The notes: a model not told the origin generated them from the letters alone. Positions 20,636-29,966 are shown, counted from the first letter of the stretch. The stretch: 64,000 nucleotides of DNA from an uncultured Chloroflexia bacterium (GCA_963739885.1 CAVUCC010000011.1:321760-385759), one strand, 5' to 3'. Numbers and translations are program-made.

Positions 20636-21811
20636 CTAGCGTCGCTCGCCCGCCGGCCAGTCCGCTGGGAGTGGCGCGGGCCGATCGAACGTGGTCGAGA
20701 GCCGCACAAACGTGCTCTCTCGCGCCGAGGTCAGCATGGCCTCCATCGCCTCCAGCGCGTGGAGCGCCATCGCCCCGCTCGCCCGCGCAGGTCGCCCGTC
20801 GCGGATCGCGTAGGCCATGTCGACGAGCCCGATGCCGCGGCTGTTGTCCGCGTGCGACTGCGAGCGGAACGGATGCTCGATGGGGACCTCGGTCCAGTCG
20901 GACAGGGGCTCGGACCGGGGCATGCCCCGCCAGCGTGATGCCTCGGCATCGCGGAACAGGACGCGGCCGCCGAACAGGTTCGGCCCATCGAGCGGGTCGA
21001 TGTCCGCGATGCAGATCGTGCCCCTGGTGCCATAGATCTCGAGCCTCGGGAGCTCGGAGTCCCAGACGTCGAAGCTGGTGATGAGCGTCGCCAGGGCCCC
21101 TGACCCGAAGCGCAGGACGCCCGTGACGTGGGTGTCGACCTCGACCTCGACCGTCTCGCCCCGATGCGGCGCGGTTTGGATCGTCCGGGTCGGGAACGTC
21201 CGGCGGCCCATCGCGGCCGCCGTCTCCACGGGCCCGAGCAGGGCGAGCAGCGCCGTCATGTAATACGGGCCGATGTCCAGCAGCGGGCCGCCGCCCGGCT
21301 GGTAGAAGAAGGCCGGGTTGGGATGGTGCCATTCGTGGCCATGGCTGACCACGAACGCGCTCGCGCCCACGACCTCGCCCAGCCGCCCGTCATCGAGCAG
21401 CTTGCGACAGGTCTGCAGCCGGCCCCCCATGAACGTGTCGGGCGCGCAGCCCACCGAGTGACCCTGCTCGGCGGCCGCGTCCATCAGCGCACGACCCTCG
21501 CCGAACGTGGCAGCGAGCGGCTTCTCGGAGTAGACGTGCTTGCCGGCGCGGATCGCGGCCAGGTTGAGCGCCGCGTGCGCTGAGGGCGTGGTGAGATCGA
21601 GCACGATGTCGATCTCGGGATCGGCGAACAGGTCGTCCGGCGTGGCGTAGGCTCGCCTGAGCCCGTGCCCGGCGGCCATGCGGCGAGCCCTGTCGAGGTC
21701 ACGGCCGGCGCATCCGACGACATCGACGATGTCCGGGTAGCGCTGGAGGTTGGCGACGTAGACGCCGAAGATGTCGCCGATCCCGACGACGCCGACCCTG
21801 AACACGGTCAC
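20636..21811 (-). CDS. Gfo/Idh/MocA-family oxidoreductase
   Basis: The GTG at 21811 lies 7 nt after GGGGAGG. FRVGVVGIGDI is a Rossmann motif, and SEKPLA is present. It is downstream of iolA. Confidence 0.7.
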   Translation of the reverse strand: MTVFRVGVVGIGDIFGVYVANLQRYPDIVDVVGCAGRDLDRARRMAAGHGLRRAYATPDDLFADPEIDIVLDLTTPSAHAALNLAAIRAGKHVYSEKPLAATFGEGRALMDAAAEQGHSVGCAPDTFMGGRLQTCRKLLDDGRLGEVVGASAFVVSHGHEWHHPNPAFFYQPGGGPLLDIGPYYMTALLALLGPVETAAAMGRRTFPTRTIQTAPHRGETVEVEVDTHVTGVLRFGSGALATLITSFDVWDSELPRLEIYGTRGTICIADIDPLDGPNLFGGRVLFRDAEASRWRGMPRSEPLSDWTEVPIEHPFRSQSHADNSRGIGLVDMAYAIRDGRPARASGAMALHALEAMEAMLTSARESTFVRLSTTFDRPAPLPADWPAGERR

Positions 21812-21942
21812 CGTGACGCCTCCCCGCTGATGCCGGCGGGGCCTCCTCGTTGCCATCTCCGATGGCGGGCGGCGACCCCTCCACGGAGATTACCCGTTGA
21901 GCAGCACGAGCGGGCAAGCCCGCCCGTGCCCGGAGGTGACCG

Positions 21943-23469
21943 CTACGCGTTGCCCGGGAAGACCAGGGACAGGGGGCCTTCCTTGCCCGGCTCGGGCCAG
22001 CGCTCGGTGATCATCTTCTGCTGGGTGAAGAAGCGGATCCCGTCCTCGCCGCGCATCGCCAGGTCGCCGATCGCCGATTCCTTCGCGCCGGTGAAGCTCA
22101 TGAAGCCCGCGGGCACCGGGATCGGCACGTTGACGCCGATCATCGGCACCTCGACCTCGAGCTTGAACCTTCGCGCGGCACCGCCGTTGGTGGTGAAGAT
22201 CGCCGTTCCGTTGGCGTACTTGTGCCCGTTCACCAGGCGCATCGCCTCGTCGAACGTGTCCGCATGGACGATCCCGAACACCGGGCCGAAGATCTCCTCC
22301 TGGAAGATCTTCATGTCCTCGGTCACGTGATCGAACAACGACACGCCCAGGAAGAAGCCGTCCGGGTTGGGACCCTCGAACGTCCGGCCATCCACGACCA
22401 GCTCGGCACCCTCGGACTCGCCGACGCCGATCCAGTCGATGATCGACTGGCGGTGCTCCGCTGTGTAGATCGGACCCATGTCCATGCCGGGCTCCATGCC
22501 GTTGCCGACCTTGAGCCTGGCGATCCGCTCCAGGACCTTCGGGCGCAGCCGCTCGCCTGTGTCACCCACGGCGACCATCAGCGTCTGCGCCATGCACCGC
22601 TCCCCCGCCGAGCCGAAGCCCGCGGCGACCGCCGCGTCCGCGACGAGGTCCATGTCCGCGTCGGGCAGCACCACCATCGCATTCTTGGCCGAGGTGTACG
22701 AGCCGACCCGCTTGCCGCGCCGGGTCCCTTCCTCGTAGACGTAGCGCCCAACCGCGGTCGACCCCACGAACTGGATCGCCCTGACGTCCGCGTGCTCGAC
22801 GATCGCCTTGACCGCCTCGCGGCCGCCATAGACGACGTTGAACACGCCGTCGGGCAGGCCCGCCTTGGTCCACAGCTCGGCCTGGAGCTGGCTCGCACCC
22901 GGCGTGTGGCTGGACGGCTTCCAGACGACGGTGTTGCCGCACATCATCGCAATCGGGTAGATCCACATCGGGACCATGACCGGGAAGTTGAACGGGGTGA
23001 TCGCCGCGGTGACGCCGAGCGGCGCCCGCATCGTGAACGCGTCCACCTTGGTCGACACGTTGGGCGTCATCATCCCGGCCAGGTGGACCGGCAGACCGCA
23101 CGCGAAGTCGACCGTCTCGAGGCCGCGCATGACCTCGGCGAGGGCGTCGGGGAAGGTCTTGCCATGGTCGCGCGTGATGAGCGCGGCCATCTCTTCGCGA
23201 TGCTCGTACACGAGGTTCCGGTAGGCGAAGAAGATGTTCGAGCGCGCGATCAGCGGCATGTCGCGCCACGCCGGGAAGGCCGCCGCCGCGGCCGCAACCG
23301 CGGCATCGACCTCGGCCTGGCCGCCGCGCGGCACGCGAGCGATCACATGGCCGGTGGCCGGATTGTAGATGGGACCGGTGTGCTCCGGCAGGACCTCGAC
23401 GGCCGTGCCGCCGATCCAGTGCGACAGGATCGGCAGGGCCGCAGCCTGGTCGGGGGTTTCGATGGTCAT
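21943..23469 (-). CDS. iolA: CoA-acylating methylmalonate/malonate-semialdehyde dehydrogenase
   Basis: ATG at 23469 (MTIETPDQ...) with GGAGG upstream. An aldehyde dehydrogenase with FVGSTAVG and catalytic FGSAGERCMA. The first 67 aa of ORF 21943..23670 are rejected. Confidence 0.85.
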   Translation of the reverse strand: MTIETPDQAAALPILSHWIGGTAVEVLPEHTGPIYNPATGHVIARVPRGGQAEVDAAVAAAAAAFPAWRDMPLIARSNIFFAYRNLVYEHREEMAALITRDHGKTFPDALAEVMRGLETVDFACGLPVHLAGMMTPNVSTKVDAFTMRAPLGVTAAITPFNFPVMVPMWIYPIAMMCGNTVVWKPSSHTPGASQLQAELWTKAGLPDGVFNVVYGGREAVKAIVEHADVRAIQFVGSTAVGRYVYEEGTRRGKRVGSYTSAKNAMVVLPDADMDLVADAAVAAGFGSAGERCMAQTLMVAVGDTGERLRPKVLERIARLKVGNGMEPGMDMGPIYTAEHRQSIIDWIGVGESEGAELVVDGRTFEGPNPDGFFLGVSLFDHVTEDMKIFQEEIFGPVFGIVHADTFDEAMRLVNGHKYANGTAIFTTNGGAARRFKLEVEVPMIGVNVPIPVPAGFMSFTGAKESAIGDLAMRGEDGIRFFTQQKMITERWPEPGKEGPLSLVFPGNA

Positions 23470-23588
23470 GGACTGTGCCTCCGGTGTGGGTTCCGCGCGT
23501 CGGGACGCCGGCCCGGGCAAGGAGCCCGAGGCTCGCGAGCCGGAATTCCCGTTTCGGCGCTTGAAGCGAGTCGCCGCGTGTGCGAGGA

Positions 23589-23602
23589 TGTAATCGGTTA
23601 CG
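23589..23602. promoter_or_regulatory. LacI-type operator-like palindrome
   Basis: TGTAATCGGTTACG, identical to the 4983 site, sits in the divergent gap between iolA (-) and tal-iolB (+). Confidence 0.6.
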
Positions 23603-23695
23603 CGGACGTGGTCGAAGCGTAGCACCACGGCCGTGAGTGTCAACGGGCGCGGCGCCCGATCGGGTCGCACCGGCCATCAGCGAGGAGGTTGCAGC

Positions 23696-24808
23696 GTGAC
23701 CGCAGTGAGGAGCCGGCAGGAGTTGCCCCTGGCCGCCAGCCCGCTGGGCCGGACGATTGCGGAGACGGCGACCGACATCTGGAACGACTCGTGCGCCGTC
23801 GACGAGCTCGAGTACGCGTTGAGCTACGGGGCGGTCGGCGCGACCGCCAACCCGACCATCGTCGTGGACGTGTGGAACAAGGAACCGGGCTTCTGGCGCG
23901 ACCGGGTGGCCGCGCTGGGCGTGAAACGGCCGACCGCGACCGTCGGCGACCTGGCCTGGGCCGTCGTCGAGGAGATGTCGATCCGCGGCGCCAGGCTGCT
24001 CGAGCCGGTGTTCGAAGCGCAGGCCGGCAAGCAGGGCCGCCTGTCGGTCCAGACCGACCCCACGCTGTTCCGGACCCCGGTGCGGATGGTCGAGCAGGCC
24101 GTCCACTTCTCTACCCTGGCGCCCAACATCATCGTCAAGCTTCCCGCCACCGCCGCCGGCATCGAGGCCATCGAGGAGGCGACCTACCGCGGGGTGAGTG
24201 TCAACGTCACCGTGAGCTTCACCGTGCCCCAGGCCCTGGCCGCCGCCGAGGCGATCGAGCGGGGGTTGCGGCGTCGTGATGCCGAGGGCCTCGACACCGA
24301 GCACATGGGCCCGGTGGTGACGATCATGGTGGGCCGGATCGAAGACTGGCTCAAGGTCGTCGTCGATCGTGACGCCGTGACGGTCAGGCCCGACGCCCTG
24401 CCGTGGAGCGGGGTCGCCGTGTTCAAGCGGGCGTACGGCCTGTTCCGCGAGCGCGGCTACCGCGCACGGCTGCTCGGCGCCGCGATCCGCCACCAATACC
24501 ACTGGTCGGAGTTCATCGGGGGCGACGTGGTGATCACGCTGCCTGCCGCCTGGCAGCGCCGGTTCAACGCCTCGTCCGTCGAGATCCGGCCGCGGATGGA
24601 CGATCCGGTGGCGCCGGAGCTCGTCGAGGAGCTCCAGGCGCGGCTGCCCGACTTCACCCGCGCCTACGAACCCGATGGCCTGGCGGTCGCGGAGTTCGAC
24701 GCCTTCGGACCGACGGCACGGACGCTGCGCTCGTTCATCGGCTCCTACCAGGACCTGCTTCACCAGGTGACCGACGCGCTCATCCCCAACCCGGACAAGA
24801 AGCGATGA
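23696..24808 (+). CDS. tal: transaldolase-family protein
   Basis: GTG at 23696 follows GAGGAGG. GATANPTIV, IIVKLPAT (Schiff-base Lys context) and VSVNVTVSFTVPQALAAAEA. Its stop overlaps the iolB ATG (ATGA). Confidence 0.7.
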   Translation: MTAVRSRQELPLAASPLGRTIAETATDIWNDSCAVDELEYALSYGAVGATANPTIVVDVWNKEPGFWRDRVAALGVKRPTATVGDLAWAVVEEMSIRGARLLEPVFEAQAGKQGRLSVQTDPTLFRTPVRMVEQAVHFSTLAPNIIVKLPATAAGIEAIEEATYRGVSVNVTVSFTVPQALAAAEAIERGLRRRDAEGLDTEHMGPVVTIMVGRIEDWLKVVVDRDAVTVRPDALPWSGVAVFKRAYGLFRERGYRARLLGAAIRHQYHWSEFIGGDVVITLPAAWQRRFNASSVEIRPRMDDPVAPELVEELQARLPDFTRAYEPDGLAVAEFDAFGPTARTLRSFIGSYQDLLHQVTDALIPNPDKKR

Positions 24809-25695
24809 CGCAGACCCCGATCACGAACGGGGCGCTCCACCGGCCGGCCGGATCGACGGCAGCCGACGGCTGGGCGACCGTGATCACGCCCGAGGACGCG
24901 GGCTGGACCTACTCGGGGCTGCGGATCGCCAGCCTCCCGGCCGGTGGCCGGACGGCATTCTCCACCGGCGACGACGAGGCGATCGTGCTGCCGCTCGCGG
25001 GCGGCGCCACCGTCACCTGCGACGGCGAGACGATCGAGCTCGCCGGGCGTCCGGACGTGTTCAGCGGCCCGACCGATTTCGTCTATCTACCGCGTGGATC
25101 ATCGGTCGAGCTCGCGAGCCGTGAAGGGGGCCGGTTCGCGGTCGCCACGGCTCGGGCGGAGCAGCGACTGCCCCTGCGCCACGGCGCCGCGGCCGGCGTT
25201 CCCGTCGAGCTGCGCGGGGCCGGGGCCTGCTCGCGCGAGGTGCGCAACTTCGCCGCACCGACCACGTTCGAGGCTCAGCGGCTGATCGCAGTCGAGGTCA
25301 TCACGCCGGGCGGCAACTGGTCCTCGTACCCGCCCCACAAGCACGACGAGGAGCGACCCGGCGAGGCGATCCTCGAGGAGATCTACTACTACGAGATCGC
25401 AGCCGGTCCCGCGGGACCCGGGATGGGCTACCAGCGCGTCTACGGCACCGATGACCGGCCCGTCGACGTGCTGGTCGAGGTCCGGGACGGGGACGCGGTC
25501 CTGATCCCCCACGGCTGGCATGGTCCGGCGATGGCGACCCCCGGCTACGACATGTACTACCTCAACGTGATGGCCGGACCCGGACCCGAGCGCGCCTGGC
25601 GGATCACCGACGATCCGGCCCACGCCTGGATCAGGGACACCTGGCCCAGCCAGCCCACCGACCCTCGGCTTCCCATGGGCAAGCCCGCGGGCTGA
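24805..25695 (+). CDS. iolB: 5-deoxy-glucuronate isomerase (cupin)
   Basis: MTQTPITNG...; GNWSSYPPHKHDEE...EEIYYYE...IPHGWHGP is the IolB/KduI-type cupin signature. The upstream part of ORF 24403..25695 is rejected. Confidence 0.8.
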   Translation: MTQTPITNGALHRPAGSTAADGWATVITPEDAGWTYSGLRIASLPAGGRTAFSTGDDEAIVLPLAGGATVTCDGETIELAGRPDVFSGPTDFVYLPRGSSVELASREGGRFAVATARAEQRLPLRHGAAAGVPVELRGAGACSREVRNFAAPTTFEAQRLIAVEVITPGGNWSSYPPHKHDEERPGEAILEEIYYYEIAAGPAGPGMGYQRVYGTDDRPVDVLVEVRDGDAVLIPHGWHGPAMATPGYDMYYLNVMAGPGPERAWRITDDPAHAWIRDTWPSQPTDPRLPMGKPAG

Positions 25696-25771
25696 CGCTT
25701 CGGGGCCCCGGCGTGGCCGGACGACCCGACCTGGCCCCGCCGCGCGAACGCCGACGCGCAGGCAAGCGGGC

Positions 25772-27073
25772 TCAGGACCGTTGGGGACGGCCGTCCGTGG
25801 TCCGTGCGCGGGCGACAACGCTGGACGCGAAGTAGCGCGCCTTGCGCGCCATCTCGGGCATCGGCGCGGCGTACGCGTCCATCTCCTGGCGCAGCTCCGT
25901 CGCGATCCCGCGAAGCCCCGGATCGGAGCCCGCGTACGCCGCCACCCGGCGGCTCACCCGCTCGAGAGCGTTCGAGGCCTCGCCGTACCGGCCTTCGCGG
26001 TTGAGTCGCACGGCCTCCTGCTTGGCCCGCTCGGCGAACAGCCGCGCGACCACCCGATCAACGTCCCGGTCCCGAGGCTGCTCGTCGTTCGCGGCGTGAT
26101 CCGCATACGTCCACACGACCGTGATCGGGTCGGGAGCAGAGCGGAGGTCCTCGAGGATGCCGTCACGGTCGGAGACCCCGACGCGGATCCCCACCTCGCG
26201 GCCAGCCTCCCCGAAGTCGAAGGTGACGCGGAGCACGATCGAGAGGACCTGGCCCGAGACCATGTCGCCGAGGTACACGAGCACCCGGCCGGAACGCTGT
26301 TCGACGCGGAACGGGGACAGCGCCTCGACCCGGAGGGACCCCGGAACCGTCAGCTCGAGCACCACCTCGCGGGCAACCGTCTCCAGCGTCTCTCCCACCT
26401 CGCCCGCGATGTGGTCGCGCATCTGGGTCACGTCGCCGATGAAGTAGAAGTGGCCACCGCCCAAATCGGCCATGCCCTGGAGCACCTCCTCGTCGAAGTC
26501 GCTCCCGACACCGAAGGTGCTGGTCGTGATCCCACGCCGACGCAGGTCGTGGGCCGTGGCCGCCAGCTCCCCGCGGTCGGTGACCCCGACGTTGGCCAGC
26601 CCGTCGGTGAGCAGGAGCACGCGGTTGACACCCTCCGCCAGCAGCCCGGCCGCGACCTGCTCGCAGCCCGCCAGCCAGCCCCCGTGCAGGTTGGTGGTGT
26701 TGCGCGCGGCGATCGACCGCAGGCGATCGGCAGCAGCCCGGCGCGCCTCTGGACCCGCCTCGGTTGCCGGGATCACGACGTCGACCTGGTCGTCGAAGGT
26801 GACCACCGAGAAGCGGTCGGGGGAATCGAGCCGGTGGATGGCCTCGTCAGTCGCCTGCCTCGCCAGGCCGAGCTTGTTCTGGCCGCCCATCGACCCTGAG
26901 CGGTCGAGCACGAACGCGAGGTTGACCGGGGCGCGGCGGCGGGACGGGTCCGGCGCCATGGTGGGCGCCGTGAGGTCGATGAGCAGGAACCGCTCGCTGC
27001 GGGCATGGGCGCGGATCAGCCGCCGATCGGGGCGGACAGCGAGGCAGGGGCTGGAAACGGGGTTGTCAGACAT
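25772..27073 (-). CDS. von Willebrand factor A (VWA) domain protein
   Basis: ATG at 27073 (MSDNPV) with GGAG upstream. MIDAS motif FVLDRSGSMGG, then LLTDGLAN. A long C-terminal beta-rich plus helical extension follows. Confidence 0.75.
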   Translation of the reverse strand: MSDNPVSSPCLAVRPDRRLIRAHARSERFLLIDLTAPTMAPDPSRRRAPVNLAFVLDRSGSMGGQNKLGLARQATDEAIHRLDSPDRFSVVTFDDQVDVVIPATEAGPEARRAAADRLRSIAARNTTNLHGGWLAGCEQVAAGLLAEGVNRVLLLTDGLANVGVTDRGELAATAHDLRRRGITTSTFGVGSDFDEEVLQGMADLGGGHFYFIGDVTQMRDHIAGEVGETLETVAREVVLELTVPGSLRVEALSPFRVEQRSGRVLVYLGDMVSGQVLSIVLRVTFDFGEAGREVGIRVGVSDRDGILEDLRSAPDPITVVWTYADHAANDEQPRDRDVDRVVARLFAERAKQEAVRLNREGRYGEASNALERVSRRVAAYAGSDPGLRGIATELRQEMDAYAAPMPEMARKARYFASSVVARARTTDGRPQRS

Positions 27074-27171
27074 GAGGGAGCTCCTTCGCGCCTCGATCGC
27101 GGCCCGGCTGCCCGGTCCGGTCGTACCGGAAGCCGCCGGGTCCGGTGGCCGAAACGATCGCCTCGGCTGGT

Positions 27172-27891
27172 TCAGGCTTCGTCCTCGAACAGCTCCCGGG
27201 CGATCCGGGACAGCTGGTCGACTCGTTTGTTGGTACGCCGGTCGAGCGGGCGGCGAACGTGGATCTCGACATCGGCCGTGATGGCCAGGCGCTCCCACGT
27301 CGAGCGGTCCGCAACCTGCCTCCCGATGGATGGGCCCGAGGGCGCCGACGGAAGCGCGGGCAGCATGGCCGGCGACACCGGCAGCGTGACCGGCCGCGGC
27401 TCCGGGGCGCCAGTAGGGCCCGGTACGCCGGGCGCGTCGCGGATCGGGAACGCATCGGGCACCACGCGCTCGAAGCCGTCGATGGGCATGGGGCCTCCCG
27501 CCGGCAGTTGGGCATCGGCCGGCGGCGTGGGCGTCCCGTAGAGCCGGGGGGCGACACCAGCCCTGGTCATCAGCTGTCGCACGAACGCGAGCGTGTCGCG
27601 GGTGTTCATCGCAGGCACGACATCCGCAGGCTCCGCGCCGGCCAGGGCCCGCTCGACCTCGCCGTCCTCCACCCGCTCCAGGCGGGCCCGGATCTCGGCC
27701 AGCGGGAGATGGTCGCGCTGGAGGCGCCGGATGAGCCGCAGCCGCGACAGGTGGCGGTTGCCATACCGCGTCGCCGGGCCCGCAGCCTCGGGGGACGGCA
27801 GCAGACCACGGTGAACGTAGTAGCGGACCGTGCGTGGCGTGACGTCCGCGAGACGAGCGAGGTCGGCGATGGTGTACGGGTCCTCAGGCAT
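27172..27891 (-). CDS. MerR-family transcriptional regulator with Pro-rich linker and unknown C-terminal domain
   Basis: ATG at 27891. YTIADLARLADVTPRTVRYYVHRGLL is the MerR helix-turn-helix. The C-terminal ~130 aa have no motif I recognise. Confidence 0.75.
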   Translation of the reverse strand: MPEDPYTIADLARLADVTPRTVRYYVHRGLLPSPEAAGPATRYGNRHLSRLRLIRRLQRDHLPLAEIRARLERVEDGEVERALAGAEPADVVPAMNTRDTLAFVRQLMTRAGVAPRLYGTPTPPADAQLPAGGPMPIDGFERVVPDAFPIRDAPGVPGPTGAPEPRPVTLPVSPAMLPALPSAPSGPSIGRQVADRSTWERLAITADVEIHVRRPLDRRTNKRVDQLSRIARELFEDEA

Positions 27892-28039
27892 GCCAGAATC
27901 GTGACACTGATACGTGACGCTGTCAAGACAAGGTGCGGATCGATCGGGCGCTTTGGCCGCCGACCGCGGGGCATCCGGACCTTCGCGGATCCACCCGCTC
28001 GAGGGTACGGTCGGAGGACCCCCCCTGGAGGACTCGAGC

Positions 28040-29281
28040 GTGCCGACATCGTCCAGTCCGATCAGCATCGGCTTTCCCCGGATGCACAAGGAGCCGGGCG
28101 AGCGGCGTGACTTCCTGCCACCGCTGATCGGGATGCTCGCCGGGCTCGGCGCCGAGGTCTACGTCGAGTCCGGCATCGGCTCCGCCATGGGCTACTCGGA
28201 CATGGACTACATGCTCGGTCCGAACGTTCACGCGACCGACGAGGAGACGACCTACCGGCAGGACGTGGTGGTCGTGCTGCGTGCACCCGAGGGCCGCTAC
28301 GAGCTGATGCATCCTGGCGCCGTGCTCGTGTCGATGCTCCACTTCCCCACCCGACCGGCCCGGGTCCGGATGCTGCATGGCCTGGGGCTGGAGGCGATCT
28401 CGCTCGATACGATCGAGAACGACGACGGCAAGCGTCTGGTCGAGAACCTGCGCAGCGTCGCCTGGAACGGCGTCGCGTCGGCATTCGCCGCCCTGGAGCG
28501 CCAGTGGCCCGCGATGGCGATCCCCGGCCGGCCACCGGTACGGGTCACGATCATGGGCGCCGGCCAGATCGGCAAGCATGCCGTCGAGTTCGCGACCAAG
28601 TACGGTGACGACGCCCGCAACGAGGCGTTCATCCGGAGCGGCCTGCCGGGCGTGGAGGTCGTCACGACCGGCCGCAACCTGACCCGCGACGAGGACTACC
28701 TCCGGGCCAGGCTGACGGTCACCGACATCCTGGTCGACGCCACCCAGCGGCACGATCCATCCGTTCCGCTGATCCGCAACGCCTGGCTCGCCCTGATGCC
28801 CACGCATGGCGTCGTGTGCGACCTCGTCGTCGATCCGTACCTGCTGGATGCCCAGCCACAGGTCGTCCGGGGCGTCGAGGGGATCCCGCAGGGCAGCCTC
28901 GACCAGTGGGAGTTCGCGCCCGCGGATCCTGCCTGGGAGGACGTCCCGTCCGAGATTCCTCACGAGCATCGCCGCACGGTCGTCTCGTGCTACTCGTGGC
29001 CGGGTGTGAGGCCCGAGCCGTGCATGCACGTCTACGGGTCGCAGCTGGCACCGTTGCTCGGAGAGCTGGTCCGCGTGGGCGGGATGGACGGGCTGGCCGA
29101 GTCCGACACATTCCACGGGCGAGCCCTGTGGCGAGCCAGCCTCCGCTCCTGGCTGGCGCACGGCGCGGACACGCTGGCGGCAGACGAGCCGCCGGATGCA
29201 GCGGAGCCGCCGGAGCCTGCCGCCAGCGAGGACGGCGGAGCCCGCGGCGGGGCAGCCGGGACGACGGCGGCCGTCCGCTGA
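28040..29281 (+). CDS. alanine dehydrogenase/PNT-family (carboxyethyl-ornithine-synthase-like) NAD(P) enzyme
   Basis: GTG at 28040 follows GGAGGA. ISIGFPRMHKEPGERR opens the protein, with the Rossmann motif VTIMGAGQIGKHAVE. Acidic/Pro-rich C-terminal tail. Confidence 0.5.
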   Translation: MPTSSSPISIGFPRMHKEPGERRDFLPPLIGMLAGLGAEVYVESGIGSAMGYSDMDYMLGPNVHATDEETTYRQDVVVVLRAPEGRYELMHPGAVLVSMLHFPTRPARVRMLHGLGLEAISLDTIENDDGKRLVENLRSVAWNGVASAFAALERQWPAMAIPGRPPVRVTIMGAGQIGKHAVEFATKYGDDARNEAFIRSGLPGVEVVTTGRNLTRDEDYLRARLTVTDILVDATQRHDPSVPLIRNAWLALMPTHGVVCDLVVDPYLLDAQPQVVRGVEGIPQGSLDQWEFAPADPAWEDVPSEIPHEHRRTVVSCYSWPGVRPEPCMHVYGSQLAPLLGELVRVGGMDGLAESDTFHGRALWRASLRSWLAHGADTLAADEPPDAAEPPEPAASEDGGARGGAAGTTAAVR

Positions 29282-29393
29282 GATCGGGCATCACCTCGAC
29301 CGATGAGCCTCCGCTCGCCCGGAGCCCCACATACGCGCGTCGGCAGGGTCGAGAGGTCGGCCAATCCCGGCGTCGTGCTCGCATGAGGTCAAC

Positions 29394-29903
29394 GTGACCG
29401 AGGAATCCCCGAGGGCCGGCATGATCGAAGCGCGCTTCGGCCACGTGAACGTCGTTGCCAGGGACTGGCGGGCCCTCGCTGCCTTCTATCAGGACGTCCT
29501 GGGCTGTGTGCTCGTCCCGCCGGAGCGTGACTTCTCGGGACCAGCGGTCACCAGCGGCACTGGCGTCCCCAACGCGGCCTTCCGTGGCGCCCACCTTCGC
29601 CTGCCGGGCCACGGAGACGGCGGGCCGACGCTCGAGATCTTCGAGTATGACGACGAGCTGGAAAGCGGGCCTGCGGCAGCGAACCGGCGTGGCTTCGGAC
29701 ACGTCGCCTTCGGCGTGCCCGACGTGCCGACGGCCCGGAGGATCGTGCTCGAGAACGGCGGCCACCCGATCGGCGACATCGTCACGGTGCAGACGAGCGA
29801 TGGCCGGAAGGTCACCTGGACATACGTCACTGACCCCGAAGGCAACATCATCGAGCTCCAGGCGTGGTCCGACCCAGCGCTCAAGGAGCCAGTCACCGGC
29901 TGA
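29394..29903 (+). CDS. VOC/glyoxalase-family protein
   Basis: FGHVNVV, FGHVAFGV and DPEGNIIEL. The start is 29394 or the ATG at 29421. Confidence 0.7.
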   Translation: MTEESPRAGMIEARFGHVNVVARDWRALAAFYQDVLGCVLVPPERDFSGPAVTSGTGVPNAAFRGAHLRLPGHGDGGPTLEIFEYDDELESGPAAANRRGFGHVAFGVPDVPTARRIVLENGGHPIGDIVTVQTSDGRKVTWTYVTDPEGNIIELQAWSDPALKEPVTG

Positions 29904-29966
29904 GCGTCCGTCCCACTCGCACCCCACCCTCGCGCCGGGCTTGCCTCCGTCTGGCACTCTCGACGC

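Noticed and set aside
22562-24763. 733-aa minus-strand ORF, and similar long ORFs at 22222..23622, 31547..33346, 34301..35830, 37098..38492, 51026..53200 and 52735..54666
   Set aside because: All overlap well-supported genes on the opposite strand or in another frame and have low-complexity Arg/Pro/Gly composition.
27905-27930. Direct CGTGAC repeats in the MerR/AlaDH-like divergent region as a MerR operator
   Set aside because: MerR operators are inverted repeats within a long-spacer promoter. Here I see only a short direct repeat and no recognisable -35/-10 pair.
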